From Gammaproteobacteria bacterium (GTDB lineage Bacteria > Pseudomonadota > Gammaproteobacteria > JAABTG01), in assembly GCA_034522055.1 (NCBI GenBank), contig JAXHLS010000006.1, positions 420,116 through 484,115 of the forward strand: 64,000 nt of DNA, given 5' to 3'. Both the position numbers and the translations under genes were made by a program. Every line of letters starts with the position of its first letter. Within the stretch, counting starts at the first letter, position 1. This document shows, piece after piece, positions 10,440 to 19,746 of the stretch. The notes beneath the pieces are model-generated. The model was given only the letters and a program-made list of their open reading frames with translations. It was not told the DNA's origin and searched no databases.

Positions 10440-11405
10440 ATGGAACCAGTATATATTTTTTCTTTGCCGCGCTCAGGTTCCACGCTATTACAACGCTCTC
10501 TAGCTGGACGTAGCGAAATTGCCACAGTTTCAGAACCATGGTTCTTGCTGCCTTTGATCTACTCGCTAAAGAAAGAGGGCGTCTACGCAGAATATAGTCA
10601 TAGGACGTTATATTCGGCAATAGAGGACTTTTACCAACAATTGCCCGGCGGCAAAAGAGACTACATGGAAAGTATTGCGGTCTTTGCTAAAGAACTTTAT
10701 GAAAAGGCTGGCGGTTCAGAGAAAATGTATTTTCTGGATAAGACGCCTCGCTACCATCTTATATGCCAAGAGATAATTGATTTATTTCCAGGTGGGAAGT
10801 TTATATTTCTGTGGCGTAATCCTTTGGCATGTTTGGCTTCAAGACTTCACAGTTATGACGGGAACTGGAGAGTGCATCGAGCGCGGGTGGACCTATATAC
10901 CGGGCTGGTGAATCTTGTTAACACGGCCAAAAATAATGAGGAGCAAGTGCTTCAAGTACGGTACGAAGACTTTGTTGCTTTTCCAGAACAAGAGATGAGG
11001 CGAATTCTAGACTATCTATCGCTAAGTGACGATGTGGAAGATGGTATTCATTTTAACAATTCATCACTAAAGGGACGCATGGGCGATCAGCGTGGGGTCA
11101 GTAAGTATACTGAAGTATCAGTGAACTCCGTTGAGGAGTGGAAGAAGACGTTGGCCTCCCCTGTTCGGAAAAGTTGGGCAAAGCGCTATTTAGAATGGAT
11201 TGGAGAAGAACGATTGGCATATATTGGCCATGATAAAGCGGCTCTGGTTAGCGAACTAAAGGAACTCGATTCCAACCACAAGCAAATGGCGTCGGATATA
11301 ACCAGGATCGCATTTGGGGCACTAGATAGTTTGTTAGATATAGAAATTGTTCTAGAAAAAATTAAGGCAAGGCGTAAGGGTGGGATATATTTGCCACTTA
11401 GGTAA
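10440..11405 (+). CDS. Sulfotransferase 2
   Basis: 321 aa. N-terminal IFSLPRSGSTLLQ P-loop-like PAPS motif and FLWRNPLACLAS second motif. Confidence 0.8.
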   Translation: MEPVYIFSLPRSGSTLLQRSLAGRSEIATVSEPWFLLPLIYSLKKEGVYAEYSHRTLYSAIEDFYQQLPGGKRDYMESIAVFAKELYEKAGGSEKMYFLDKTPRYHLICQEIIDLFPGGKFIFLWRNPLACLASRLHSYDGNWRVHRARVDLYTGLVNLVNTAKNNEEQVLQVRYEDFVAFPEQEMRRILDYLSLSDDVEDGIHFNNSSLKGRMGDQRGVSKYTEVSVNSVEEWKKTLASPVRKSWAKRYLEWIGEERLAYIGHDKAALVSELKELDSNHKQMASDITRIAFGALDSLLDIEIVLEKIKARRKGGIYLPLR

Positions 11406-11466
11406 AGTGCATTACCCGGGATATGATGGGCTATGGCGAAATAAAGTTTCTGTGCGAGGGAAAAGA

Positions 11467-12675
11467 GTGAACGTTGCTATCTTCGCTACTTCAGATTTTC
11501 CCGATGGTACTGCAACTGCGTATAGGCTCCGCATGCTTGGAAGATGCCTTGTTGAGGAGAATGTTGGATGTTATATCTGCCTTATACACCCGTCTACAAA
11601 AGGTCGAGATGAAACATTAAGTTCTGATGATCAGAGCGTAGATGGAATTACATTTTTCTTCGCGACTGGTAGGAATAAGCGGCCGATTCAGCGAAGCGCT
11701 CGGATCATAGAGGTTTTGAAAGGATGGTTTGGTTCAGTGCGTTTTCTTTGGCGCCTCAGAAAGCGCCAGTCTATTGACGCCATTCTATTGTTTACACCGA
11801 ACTTCGTTAAGGTTTGGCCGATTATCTTATATGGAGGCATCCTAAGAATTCCTCTATTTTCAGAGGTTTGTGAGATCCGGAGTTCCATGGTGGACCAGCA
11901 TGTAAATGTCAGCACTATACTGAAACTCGGCAATCAAGTAACAGAAACTTTAATTCCGTTGTTAAGTAGAGGGGTGATAGCAATATCTCGGCCAATAAGA
12001 GATTTTTACGTAAGAAAAGGAGTCAAAAAAGAGGATGTTATTATCATTCCTGCTCTAGTAGAGACTTCCCAATTTTCAATAGAAAGTTCAGATAAAGTGC
12101 CGCCACTTGAAAACAGTAGATATTTTTTAAGTTCTGGATCCCTCAATGAGAAAGAGGGTTTGAGTTACCTGCTTGAAGCATTATCCAAGCTTAGGGAGAC
12201 CCACGAGGACGTCAGTTTGGTGCTTACTGGCGGGATAAAGGACGCGGAGCAGCTTACAATAATAGGCATGGCCAAGGAGTATGATGTATCGAATGCGATA
12301 GTTTTTACGGGGATGCTGACAAGGGAAGAGCTCGCCTGGGCATACCAAAACGCGCAAGGTCTGCTCGCTTGTAGGGTGGATAGCAAGTTTGCACAGTACG
12401 GCTTTCCAAACAAGCTAGTAGAGTATCTGGCATCAGGTACTCCCGTTATATTAACTCCGATAGGGGATATCGGTGCTTACTTGAGAGATCCCTATGATGC
12501 GTACTTCGCGGAAGCGCGGAGCGGTGAAAGCATAGCGGTGAAGATGATGGAAGTACTTAGTAACCCTAATCAAGCTCGTGTTGTAGGTCGAAGTGGTCAG
12601 GAGGTCGCTTTCTCGCACTTTGAGAGGCGGATGCATTCGAGGACCTTGACTGCGTTTTTACAGGATCGACTCTAG
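11467..12675 (+). CDS. Glycosyltransferase (GT-B fold, GT4-like)
   Basis: ORF 11380..12675. I prefer the GTG at 11467 preceded by GAGGGA. C-terminal half has FPNKLVEYLASGTPVILT (EX7E-like) typical of GT4 enzymes. Confidence 0.7.
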   Translation: MNVAIFATSDFPDGTATAYRLRMLGRCLVEENVGCYICLIHPSTKGRDETLSSDDQSVDGITFFFATGRNKRPIQRSARIIEVLKGWFGSVRFLWRLRKRQSIDAILLFTPNFVKVWPIILYGGILRIPLFSEVCEIRSSMVDQHVNVSTILKLGNQVTETLIPLLSRGVIAISRPIRDFYVRKGVKKEDVIIIPALVETSQFSIESSDKVPPLENSRYFLSSGSLNEKEGLSYLLEALSKLRETHEDVSLVLTGGIKDAEQLTIIGMAKEYDVSNAIVFTGMLTREELAWAYQNAQGLLACRVDSKFAQYGFPNKLVEYLASGTPVILTPIGDIGAYLRDPYDAYFAEARSGESIAVKMMEVLSNPNQARVVGRSGQEVAFSHFERRMHSRTLTAFLQDRL

Positions 12676-13026
12676 GAAGAAACTGAGCGGTTTAGCGTTG
12701 CGAAGGGGGCCTCTAACGTTATTAGAGGCTCGATACTTTCTGATTCGTGTGCTGGATGCCGTATAGAAAGGGATGCTTTTAATGCACTTTTACTTCGTGC
12801 GTTAAACGCAAAAGTTGGCCAACCACGAATTGCCTTGACTGGTTCGCCATAGAGCGTTACGTACGAGACGATAGATAAAGATCATTAAGTAATGCAGTCT
12901 AGGGCCGTCCCGTCGAAGGGCACTAACAATTAGCAGTAGGGGAGGGTAATAGAAGTAGGGGCCCGTATGCTTTGTTATTGTTGATGATAGGTTCTTCTCA
13001 ACATACTGGAAACGCGAGAGGGTACT

Positions 13027-13791
13027 GTGAAAAAGTTTATGATTGTTTCAGCTCAGCGGTCAGGCTCGACGTGGGTTGCGGACATGTTGGGTAGCCATCC
13101 GGAAGTCACTATGTTTTCGGAGTTATTTCTTAGGAGTGGCGAGGGATTTCCCGATTGGTCCCCAGAAGGAGGCGTTGCTTACTGGAATACGTATAAGAAA
13201 GAACGCAAATGGGCCGAAGGGGTTTTCTTACGCCCAAGGCTTGTTTGGGTATATCTGAATAGCGTATTTGCCCCGAGATCTAAGAAGTCTGCTTGTGGGT
13301 TGAAGGTTATGTACGATCAATTCATAAGATTTCCAGAAATTTTATTGTATATCCTAGTAAAGCGAGTATCCGTTATTCATTTGGTAAGAGAAGACGTTGT
13401 CGCCTCTTATATATCTGGTCGAATTAGTCATGCGAGAAAGCAACCTCACGCCAGGACAGATGAAGCCGTCAAAGATGTGTCCGTACATATTGACGTTAAG
13501 AGAATGAAGAAGAAATTGGCACGAAGTGAGGCCATGATTAAGGCGACGAGAGTGTTATTTAAGGTGCTCGGGATAAAGTATATAGAAATTGGTTATGAGG
13601 ATCTGGACCATAACCGAAAAAACTTTGACAACTTGCTGCTCTTCGTTGGTGTAGAAATTCACGACTTAAAATCCTCATTAAGGAAATTGCGGGAAGCCGG
13701 GTACGGTAAGTATATAGAGAACAGGAAGGAAATTTTAGAGGCATTTTCTAATACGAAATGGAACCAATTAGCTAAAGAAGCTTTGTCATGA
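13027..13791 (+). CDS. Sulfotransferase 3 (Stf0-like)
   Basis: 254 aa. MIVSAQRSGSTWVADML PAPS-binding motif near the N-terminus. HLVREDVVASYIS second motif. Confidence 0.75.
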   Translation: MKKFMIVSAQRSGSTWVADMLGSHPEVTMFSELFLRSGEGFPDWSPEGGVAYWNTYKKERKWAEGVFLRPRLVWVYLNSVFAPRSKKSACGLKVMYDQFIRFPEILLYILVKRVSVIHLVREDVVASYISGRISHARKQPHARTDEAVKDVSVHIDVKRMKKKLARSEAMIKATRVLFKVLGIKYIEIGYEDLDHNRKNFDNLLLFVGVEIHDLKSSLRKLREAGYGKYIENRKEILEAFSNTKWNQLAKEALS

Positions 13792-13871
13792 AGTATCCTT
13801 GTTCAAAGGGATCTCTCGAATTGGAAGAGTTTACGGCTCCCAATTTTAGTTGACGGGCAGGAGGCGGTTAT

Positions 13872-14948
13872 ATGTTCCGTAGGACTTTTTTGAAGGCGGC
13901 CGCCGGAGTTTGCTTTTCCGGAGCTTTTTCCAAAGTGGGAGCCGCGAGTTGGAGTGGCGCTAGGGGGGTTAATTGTAATTTCGCGCTTGCTGAGGAGGAC
14001 TTGGTAAGATTGCGGTCCTTGAATTGTTGTCTTGTGAGGCAAAGTTTCGCGTTTAGACCGTTAATTAGTAAAGAGCCACCCTATCATTACGACGAGGAGA
14101 TGTTTCGATATCTTCGTTGGCTCGTAGACAGAACGAGAGAATATGGGATAAAGATCGTATTAGATCCTCATACGAGTCCGGGTTTCAGAAAAAACACGAG
14201 TACAAAGGCAGATGATGCCTTCTGGTATGATTCCAAGTGGCATGATTATCTTATTGACCTATGGGGGCGGTTGGCAAAGGAATTTCGCGACGATGGAGAC
14301 GTGTTGATTGGATACGACCTAGTAAATGAGCCGACTTTGCCGAGGCAGACCGCTCTGGCTGGGGCTTCGGATTATGGGCTATTGATCAGGCGGCTAATTG
14401 AAGAAGTTAGACGTTACGATCTAGACCAGTGGTTGATTGTTCAGATTCCAAGGATACATGGCGGGGGTACGAATGGTATTGGTCCGTTTTTCAGGGATGT
14501 TTCTGGCATGCCGCAACTTGTGGATGAACGTTTGGTTTACAGCTTTCATATGTATTGGCCATTTCGATTCACGTTTTCCGGACTTAAAGATCTTAAGGAT
14601 GGTGTGACAACTTACCCTGGTCGAGTTGGTAGGATGCAGGTAGATAAGAGCACCTTACAGGAAGTCTTAGAGCCAATTCGAGAACTTGGAATCATGCAGG
14701 AACGCCCGATTTTTGTGGGGGAATTTAGTGCGGTTCGGTGGTTAGGTGATTCGGGAAATGAGTATCTGAGGGATTTGATTGATATATTTGAACAGTATAG
14801 ATGGAGTTGGGCGTATCATGCTTTTCGCTCCGCGCATATGTGGGATGCGGAATTGTCGAATTTCGAGCGATCTGATAAAAGTTATGTCGGTGATACACCC
14901 AGGATTAGATTATTGAACGAGGCTTTCAAGCTGAGCAAATGTTGGTGA
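13872..14948 (+). CDS. Glycoside hydrolase family 5-like enzyme with twin-arginine signal
   Basis: 358 aa. MFRRTFLKAAAG matches the Tat motif (S/T)RRxFLK. GYDLVNEP (acid/base) and VGEFS (nucleophile) are GH5 hallmarks. Confidence 0.8.
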   Translation: MFRRTFLKAAAGVCFSGAFSKVGAASWSGARGVNCNFALAEEDLVRLRSLNCCLVRQSFAFRPLISKEPPYHYDEEMFRYLRWLVDRTREYGIKIVLDPHTSPGFRKNTSTKADDAFWYDSKWHDYLIDLWGRLAKEFRDDGDVLIGYDLVNEPTLPRQTALAGASDYGLLIRRLIEEVRRYDLDQWLIVQIPRIHGGGTNGIGPFFRDVSGMPQLVDERLVYSFHMYWPFRFTFSGLKDLKDGVTTYPGRVGRMQVDKSTLQEVLEPIRELGIMQERPIFVGEFSAVRWLGDSGNEYLRDLIDIFEQYRWSWAYHAFRSAHMWDAELSNFERSDKSYVGDTPRIRLLNEAFKLSKCW

Positions 14949-14976
14949 TGTTTTATAAATGCGGAAATAGAGAAAA

Positions 14977-15867
14977 GTGAATTTAATCATTGCCGGGGTG
15001 AACAAAGCGGGAACGACATCCTTGTTCTCGATGTTAGCAGCGCATCCTGAAGTATGCGGGTCTCTCGTGAAAGAGACGTGTTATTTCCTTCCAATAAGAT
15101 ATGGAGGGCGTATTGGTCCAATTCAAGACTACGAGCGTCAGTTTCAACATTGTGGACGCCACGCATACTTGATGGAAAGCACGCCGGGTTATTTTTATGG
15201 CGGAAAGGAAATCGCTGAAGCGATTAAGGAAACGCTTGGCTCAGTAAGGGTAGTGGTTGTATTGAGAGAGCCTGTATCAAGAGCTTTTTCTTTTTTTAGA
15301 TTCCAGAAGGCCATGCTTAACTTGCCGGAGGGCATGTCATTCACGGAGTATGTCACCGCTTGCGGTTCGTTTGAGTTGCAAGACTTAAGATTGCAGGAAA
15401 ATAATGCATACTTTGGATTGGAGGGTGGCAATTACGGGAAGTACCTGCAGGATTGGGTGGGTATTTATGGTCAGGAGTTGAAAATTGTTTTTTTTGAGGA
15501 CTTGGCTAATGCTCCACAGGACAGCCTAGGTGAATTGCTCGACTGGTTAGGGCTTGATAATTGTGTTGATGAGGAATTAACTAGGAGTAGTGAGAATGTG
15601 ACGGTTGCGGTTAGGTGGCGTCAGTTTCAACGCTTTGCGTTAACGATGAATCGGCATTATGAATCTTTTTTTCGACGGCACCCAGGCGTGAAGTGGGTGC
15701 TTCGCCGCGCATACTATTCTATTAATGGAGACAAAAAGATTGAGGAGTTTCCTGAGGAAACAAGAAGGCAATTGATAGAGTACTATAGGGCGTCAAATAG
15801 GCAAGCGAGGTCTGTTTTGAGTAGTCAAGGGTACGATAATGTACCTGAGTGGCTATCAGAAGTTTAA
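14977..15867 (+). CDS. Sulfotransferase 4
   Basis: 296 aa (GTG start). GVNKAGTTSLF 5'-PSB motif and VLREPVSRAFSF 3'-PB motif. Confidence 0.85.
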   Translation: MNLIIAGVNKAGTTSLFSMLAAHPEVCGSLVKETCYFLPIRYGGRIGPIQDYERQFQHCGRHAYLMESTPGYFYGGKEIAEAIKETLGSVRVVVVLREPVSRAFSFFRFQKAMLNLPEGMSFTEYVTACGSFELQDLRLQENNAYFGLEGGNYGKYLQDWVGIYGQELKIVFFEDLANAPQDSLGELLDWLGLDNCVDEELTRSSENVTVAVRWRQFQRFALTMNRHYESFFRRHPGVKWVLRRAYYSINGDKKIEEFPEETRRQLIEYYRASNRQARSVLSSQGYDNVPEWLSEV

Positions 15868-15921
15868 AAGTGCTTAGCGTGAAGTATATTTCGGTGTTAG
15901 TTTCTATGCAGGTAATTCTTT

Positions 15922-17034
15922 TTAAGCGGGAAGTGTGACGTGATATTTATCTAGCACGTAAGACCAAGCAAAGGAGCGTCGATGTAATTGTATGCTTGCT
16001 TTTTTCATTGTTAACAAATCTTCGGAGTCTGGAGTTAGGGCAGTTAGTGCGTTAGATAGGGAATCTGCGTCAGCAAAGTAGATTGAAACTGGACCGGCGA
16101 CCCAACTATTGAAGTTATTGTCATGAGCGATAATCGGATTCCCCGCGCCCAGCGCCTCGACTAGGGAGGGATTGGTCCCGCCGACTTGATGCCCGTGAAT
16201 GTAAAAAGCGGCGTGGTACCGCAGCGCTTGCACATTGCGTTTGTCGTAGATCGCCCCGGGAAAAAGTACCGCGTTGTTTGCAGCATCTATTACGGCTCGA
16301 TGGTATGGGTTCTGCTCATCATAGTTGCCCAGGACCACCAGCTTGTAGCCTCGCTCCTGCTGGGAGAATGCCGACACGATTTCCAGGATCGAGTTCTCGG
16401 GCTCGGGCCGAGCGATTACGAGGGCGTACTTCCCGGGTTCGATGGGCAAATCCTCATATGGTGGGGGAGGGTTCTCGTAGAGGGCGTCCGAGCCGTAAGG
16501 GATCATGGTTATCTTCTTTCGTGAGACCCGGGTCGCCAGGTGGTTCTCGATCTCCGGATGGTCGGCGATGAGATGGTTCGCCAGGTAACAGCCGGCCCAT
16601 TCGTTCAGGTACAGCCAGAGACGTTCCATAGGTGACCACTTGGCCCGCTTCCACTCGATGCCATCCATATTCATGAGGTGGGGGATTCTCTTCAAGCGGT
16701 AGGGAATAGAGAAGATCGCCGTGTTGTATCCGAGGGTGAGTACGACGCCCTTTTCCTTGATGGCGTGGCGCATGGCCTTCCAGTCGAAGAGAACGGTGCC
16801 TTTCGCGCCCGGTTGGTTCACCGGGATGATCACCCGGCGTACGCCTTGCCATTCGTCTTCCCGTATCGGGCCGGTACCGTCTTCCTGGCAGTACACAGTG
16901 ACCCGCCACCCCTGCTGAACCATATAAGGTGCCAGATGCTCGGCGAAGGTCTCGAAGCCGCCGTGCTGTGCGGGGACGCCGCGGGTACCTAGGATACGGA
17001 GATGCGGTTTGTCAGGGTTTCGCGGATCCGTCAT
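15922..17034 (-). CDS. Glycosyltransferase with DUF1972-type N-terminus (GT4-like)
   Basis: 370 aa. ILGTRGVPAQHGGFETFAEHLAPY and GHQVGGTNPSLVEALGAG are characteristic. The 3' ~200 nt of the gene is AT-rich and the rest is GC-rich. Confidence 0.8.
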   Translation of the reverse strand: MTDPRNPDKPHLRILGTRGVPAQHGGFETFAEHLAPYMVQQGWRVTVYCQEDGTGPIREDEWQGVRRVIIPVNQPGAKGTVLFDWKAMRHAIKEKGVVLTLGYNTAIFSIPYRLKRIPHLMNMDGIEWKRAKWSPMERLWLYLNEWAGCYLANHLIADHPEIENHLATRVSRKKITMIPYGSDALYENPPPPYEDLPIEPGKYALVIARPEPENSILEIVSAFSQQERGYKLVVLGNYDEQNPYHRAVIDAANNAVLFPGAIYDKRNVQALRYHAAFYIHGHQVGGTNPSLVEALGAGNPIIAHDNNFNSWVAGPVSIYFADADSLSNALTALTPDSEDLLTMKKASIQLHRRSFAWSYVLDKYHVTLPA

Positions 17035-18028
17035 CTATATATCCGAGTTTGGAAGACATATCGTCGAAGAGTGGGATGAGCTCTGGGATCAATTCCGGTT
17101 TGGGCGCCGGGACCTTGGTATACAGCACCTTGGTCGCGTAGGTCAGGACGTCGGCATCCGGGTTGAGCTGACAGTGGTGGAATAGCTTAGCCAACTCCGC
17201 TTCGGGGGCGGCGACCAGGTCTTCATAGCGAATGTGGTGGACCTGTTTCGGGTAGCGTTCGACGGCGGCGAGGCCCTCCCGCATGGTGACGATCCATTCC
17301 GTAGCGGCGCGGTTCACCTGGTCAAGGTCTGTGGGATTGAGCCCGTGGAGGGGCGCAAGCTCCGGATCGCCGCGAACCAGTTCGTCCCACAGGTAACGCC
17401 ATTTGCAGTCGTTGCGGCCCCACCAATCCTCTGTTTCGTTACCGTCTGCGACGCCTTTTCGGTCAGACCAAGTGGAAATGGAACGACAGGCGTCGGCACC
17501 ATTGCGCGTGATCAGTATAAAGCGCGCATCGGGGAAGAGGCTTAGGACGTAGTCTATTCGGAATACCAGTTCAGGGTACTTGTCCAGCACGCGGCTGGCG
17601 GCGACGGCACGGGCATAGCGGCTGTATAGGCGCTGCGCGGCAAGTCGCTCTTTCTCGGAGATTGTTTCCGGCACTAAACGGAACCACGCGGGCCCCTGAC
17701 TGTAGTCACCGGTCACGTCATGGGCCGGGTCGATGACGGTCCACATGGCCTTCGGCTCGTTGAGGAAGCCGACATGGCGATGGAGAGAGAGGATGAGGCC
17801 TAGGATGGTCGTGCCGGAACGGCCCAGGCCAATCAAAAAGATTGGGGCCTTGGGTTGCGGGTTTCCCGGAAATGCCGCAAGGGTTCGCAGCAGCCCGAAG
17901 ACTACCGGATTGAACCACTGCCCCTTGGTGGTGTGAGGACGGCCTTCGAACAGGGCGTAGCTCGCCAGGCGCCGCACAACCTTTGGCAAGCCGAAGCTTC
18001 GGTATTCCCTATCGATCTGGGCGACCAT
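17012..18028 (-). CDS. Sulfotransferase 5
   Basis: 338 aa. FLIGLGRSGTTILGLIL P-loop-like PAPS motif and LITRNGADACRS second motif. Confidence 0.75.
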   Translation of the reverse strand: MVAQIDREYRSFGLPKVVRRLASYALFEGRPHTTKGQWFNPVVFGLLRTLAAFPGNPQPKAPIFLIGLGRSGTTILGLILSLHRHVGFLNEPKAMWTVIDPAHDVTGDYSQGPAWFRLVPETISEKERLAAQRLYSRYARAVAASRVLDKYPELVFRIDYVLSLFPDARFILITRNGADACRSISTWSDRKGVADGNETEDWWGRNDCKWRYLWDELVRGDPELAPLHGLNPTDLDQVNRAATEWIVTMREGLAAVERYPKQVHHIRYEDLVAAPEAELAKLFHHCQLNPDADVLTYATKVLYTKVPAPKPELIPELIPLFDDMSSKLGYIDDGSAKP

Positions 18029-18030
18029 CG

Positions 18031-19257
18031 TCAGGCAGCCTTCCGCGAGACCAGTTCTTGGTATAGGGCGCTCATCTGTTCGAAATACCGTTCAATCGTG
18101 TAGTGGTTGGCCACGCATTCTCGGGCGGCCTTTCCCTGCTCGGTGACGGCGGGGTCCGGCAAATCGCGGTATCGGAGGAGGGTATCGGTGAGCGCGTCGG
18201 TGTCGCCAGACGGGAAGAGGGCGCCGGTGCTGCCGGGCTGGACCAGTTCGGGTATGCCACCGATGTCTGCGCCGATGACGGGTTTGCCCAAGGCATAGCT
18301 CTCCAGCACCGACATGGGCGCGTTCTCGTACCACTCCGACGGCAGTACAACAGCGCGTGCGGAACGGATGAGGTCCCACAGGGCATCGCCGCTTTGGTAG
18401 CCCAGGAATTCAATGTTCGGCGCGTCGCCGGCCAACCGGTGCAGGTCTTGCTCGATGGGGCCGGTGCCAGCGATGCGGAGTTGGATGCCCGAGTTCATGG
18501 CCGCGGCGATGAGCGTCCGCAGGCCCTTCTCGGGCGCCAGCCGGCCGAAGTATACAAACGCCTCTCCCGCGGTAAAGTCGGGCTTGTAGCTCTCCGCGTG
18601 GACGTAGTTGGGGATGTGGACGAGTTTCTCCCGCGGCCATCCCCATTCGGCGAGCTTCTCGCCGTAGAACCGGCTGGGGACGACAACACGGTCCAGGTTC
18701 CGCTTGTAGACCCCCAGGAGGTGATGAACGGCGGACTCGATGGCAATGAGGCTGCTGATTCCCGCAGAGTTGTGAATGCACCGATGGAGTGCCACGTTGA
18801 GGACGTTGCCGCCCTTGCAGCGCTCGCAGACTCCACCGCTGTTGAGCATCTTGTATGCGGGACAGGCGATCTTGAGATCGTGGGCGGTAAGCACCGTAGG
18901 GACCCCTCTTTTCTTCAGCAGGGGCAGCACCGATGGGGACAGATGGTGGTAGATGCAATGAATGTGCGCCACGTTGGCGGGGAACCGATCCAACAGCGTG
19001 CCAAGTTTGCGCTGGGCCTCGAACGAGTAAATCACCTTGGAAGCCATTTTCGCCTTGGCCAGCGGTGAGTAGCTGTGTCCGAACTCGATCTCGTCCACGA
19101 AGTACTCGCTCCATGGCGACGGATCGTTCTTGGGATGGTGCATCGCCATCATGGCCGTATCCCACCCGTTTCGGCGGAACAGGGCATCGTGTTCGAGGAA
19201 CACCACGTCCGAACCACCGCGTCGGTAGTGGTAATTATTGAGAGACAGCAGTTTCAA
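18031..19257 (-). CDS. Glycosyltransferase family 4
   Basis: 408 aa. LPSEWYENAPMSVLESYALGKPVIGADIGGIPELV (EX7E) motif. Confidence 0.85.
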   Translation of the reverse strand: MKLLSLNNYHYRRGGSDVVFLEHDALFRRNGWDTAMMAMHHPKNDPSPWSEYFVDEIEFGHSYSPLAKAKMASKVIYSFEAQRKLGTLLDRFPANVAHIHCIYHHLSPSVLPLLKKRGVPTVLTAHDLKIACPAYKMLNSGGVCERCKGGNVLNVALHRCIHNSAGISSLIAIESAVHHLLGVYKRNLDRVVVPSRFYGEKLAEWGWPREKLVHIPNYVHAESYKPDFTAGEAFVYFGRLAPEKGLRTLIAAAMNSGIQLRIAGTGPIEQDLHRLAGDAPNIEFLGYQSGDALWDLIRSARAVVLPSEWYENAPMSVLESYALGKPVIGADIGGIPELVQPGSTGALFPSGDTDALTDTLLRYRDLPDPAVTEQGKAARECVANHYTIERYFEQMSALYQELVSRKAA

Positions 19258-19398
19258 GTGGGGCGAGACCGGTTAGATAAGAAAAATCCGGCGCGATGCT
19301 ACCACAAGGATCTTTCTACTTGTTGGCGGTACGTCTCACTACGGTGACCTCGGCAAGAATCGTTTTTGGAATGAGACGGCCGAAAGGGCTGGGAGGCC

Positions 19399-19492
19399 GA
19401 GACCGGCCCCTGCACCGTGTCGGTGCATCCGCGGCATTTCTGCCCCACGGAGGTCGAGACCCTGCTGGGAGATCCCACCAAGGCCAAAGGGA
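19399..19492 (+). pseudogene. Degenerate relic of a gmd 3' end
   Basis: gagaccggcccctgcaccgtg...cacggaggtcgagaccctgctgggagatcccaccaaggccaaaggg aligns with gmd codons ETGACIV...[16 protein letters not shown], with many mismatches. Confidence 0.7.
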
Positions 19493-19746
19493 AAGGATGC
19501 ATGGCTTGCACAGTTCTCGTCTCTGACGGGTTTTGATTCTAGTTCCGGCATGTGGCCGTATAATGATACGGGCCGGTGCGTGGTTGCTCGCTCTAAGGGG
19601 TATGGCTTTAGACAGATCGTATGACAGTAGGTGTCATACCGCTGCCGTAGACTCCGCCGCCGTCAGGCCGGAAGGCCGCGGAAAGAAGCAGAGCCGGGTG
19701 ATTACGCCCGTTGGGCTTAACAGAACATGCGAGGGGTGAATTAGTG

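Noticed and set aside
19533-19564. Sigma-70 promoter TTGATT / TATAAT upstream of gmd1, and an ops/JUMPstart-like element (gccgtag at 19644-19650; GGCGGTAG at ~29060 on the plus strand).
   Set aside because: The -35/-10 spacer is 20 nt, which is too long. The ops-like string has a mismatch to GGCGGTAG. The perfect 8-mer at ~29060 lies antisense within a toxin pseudogene, so it is likely chance.
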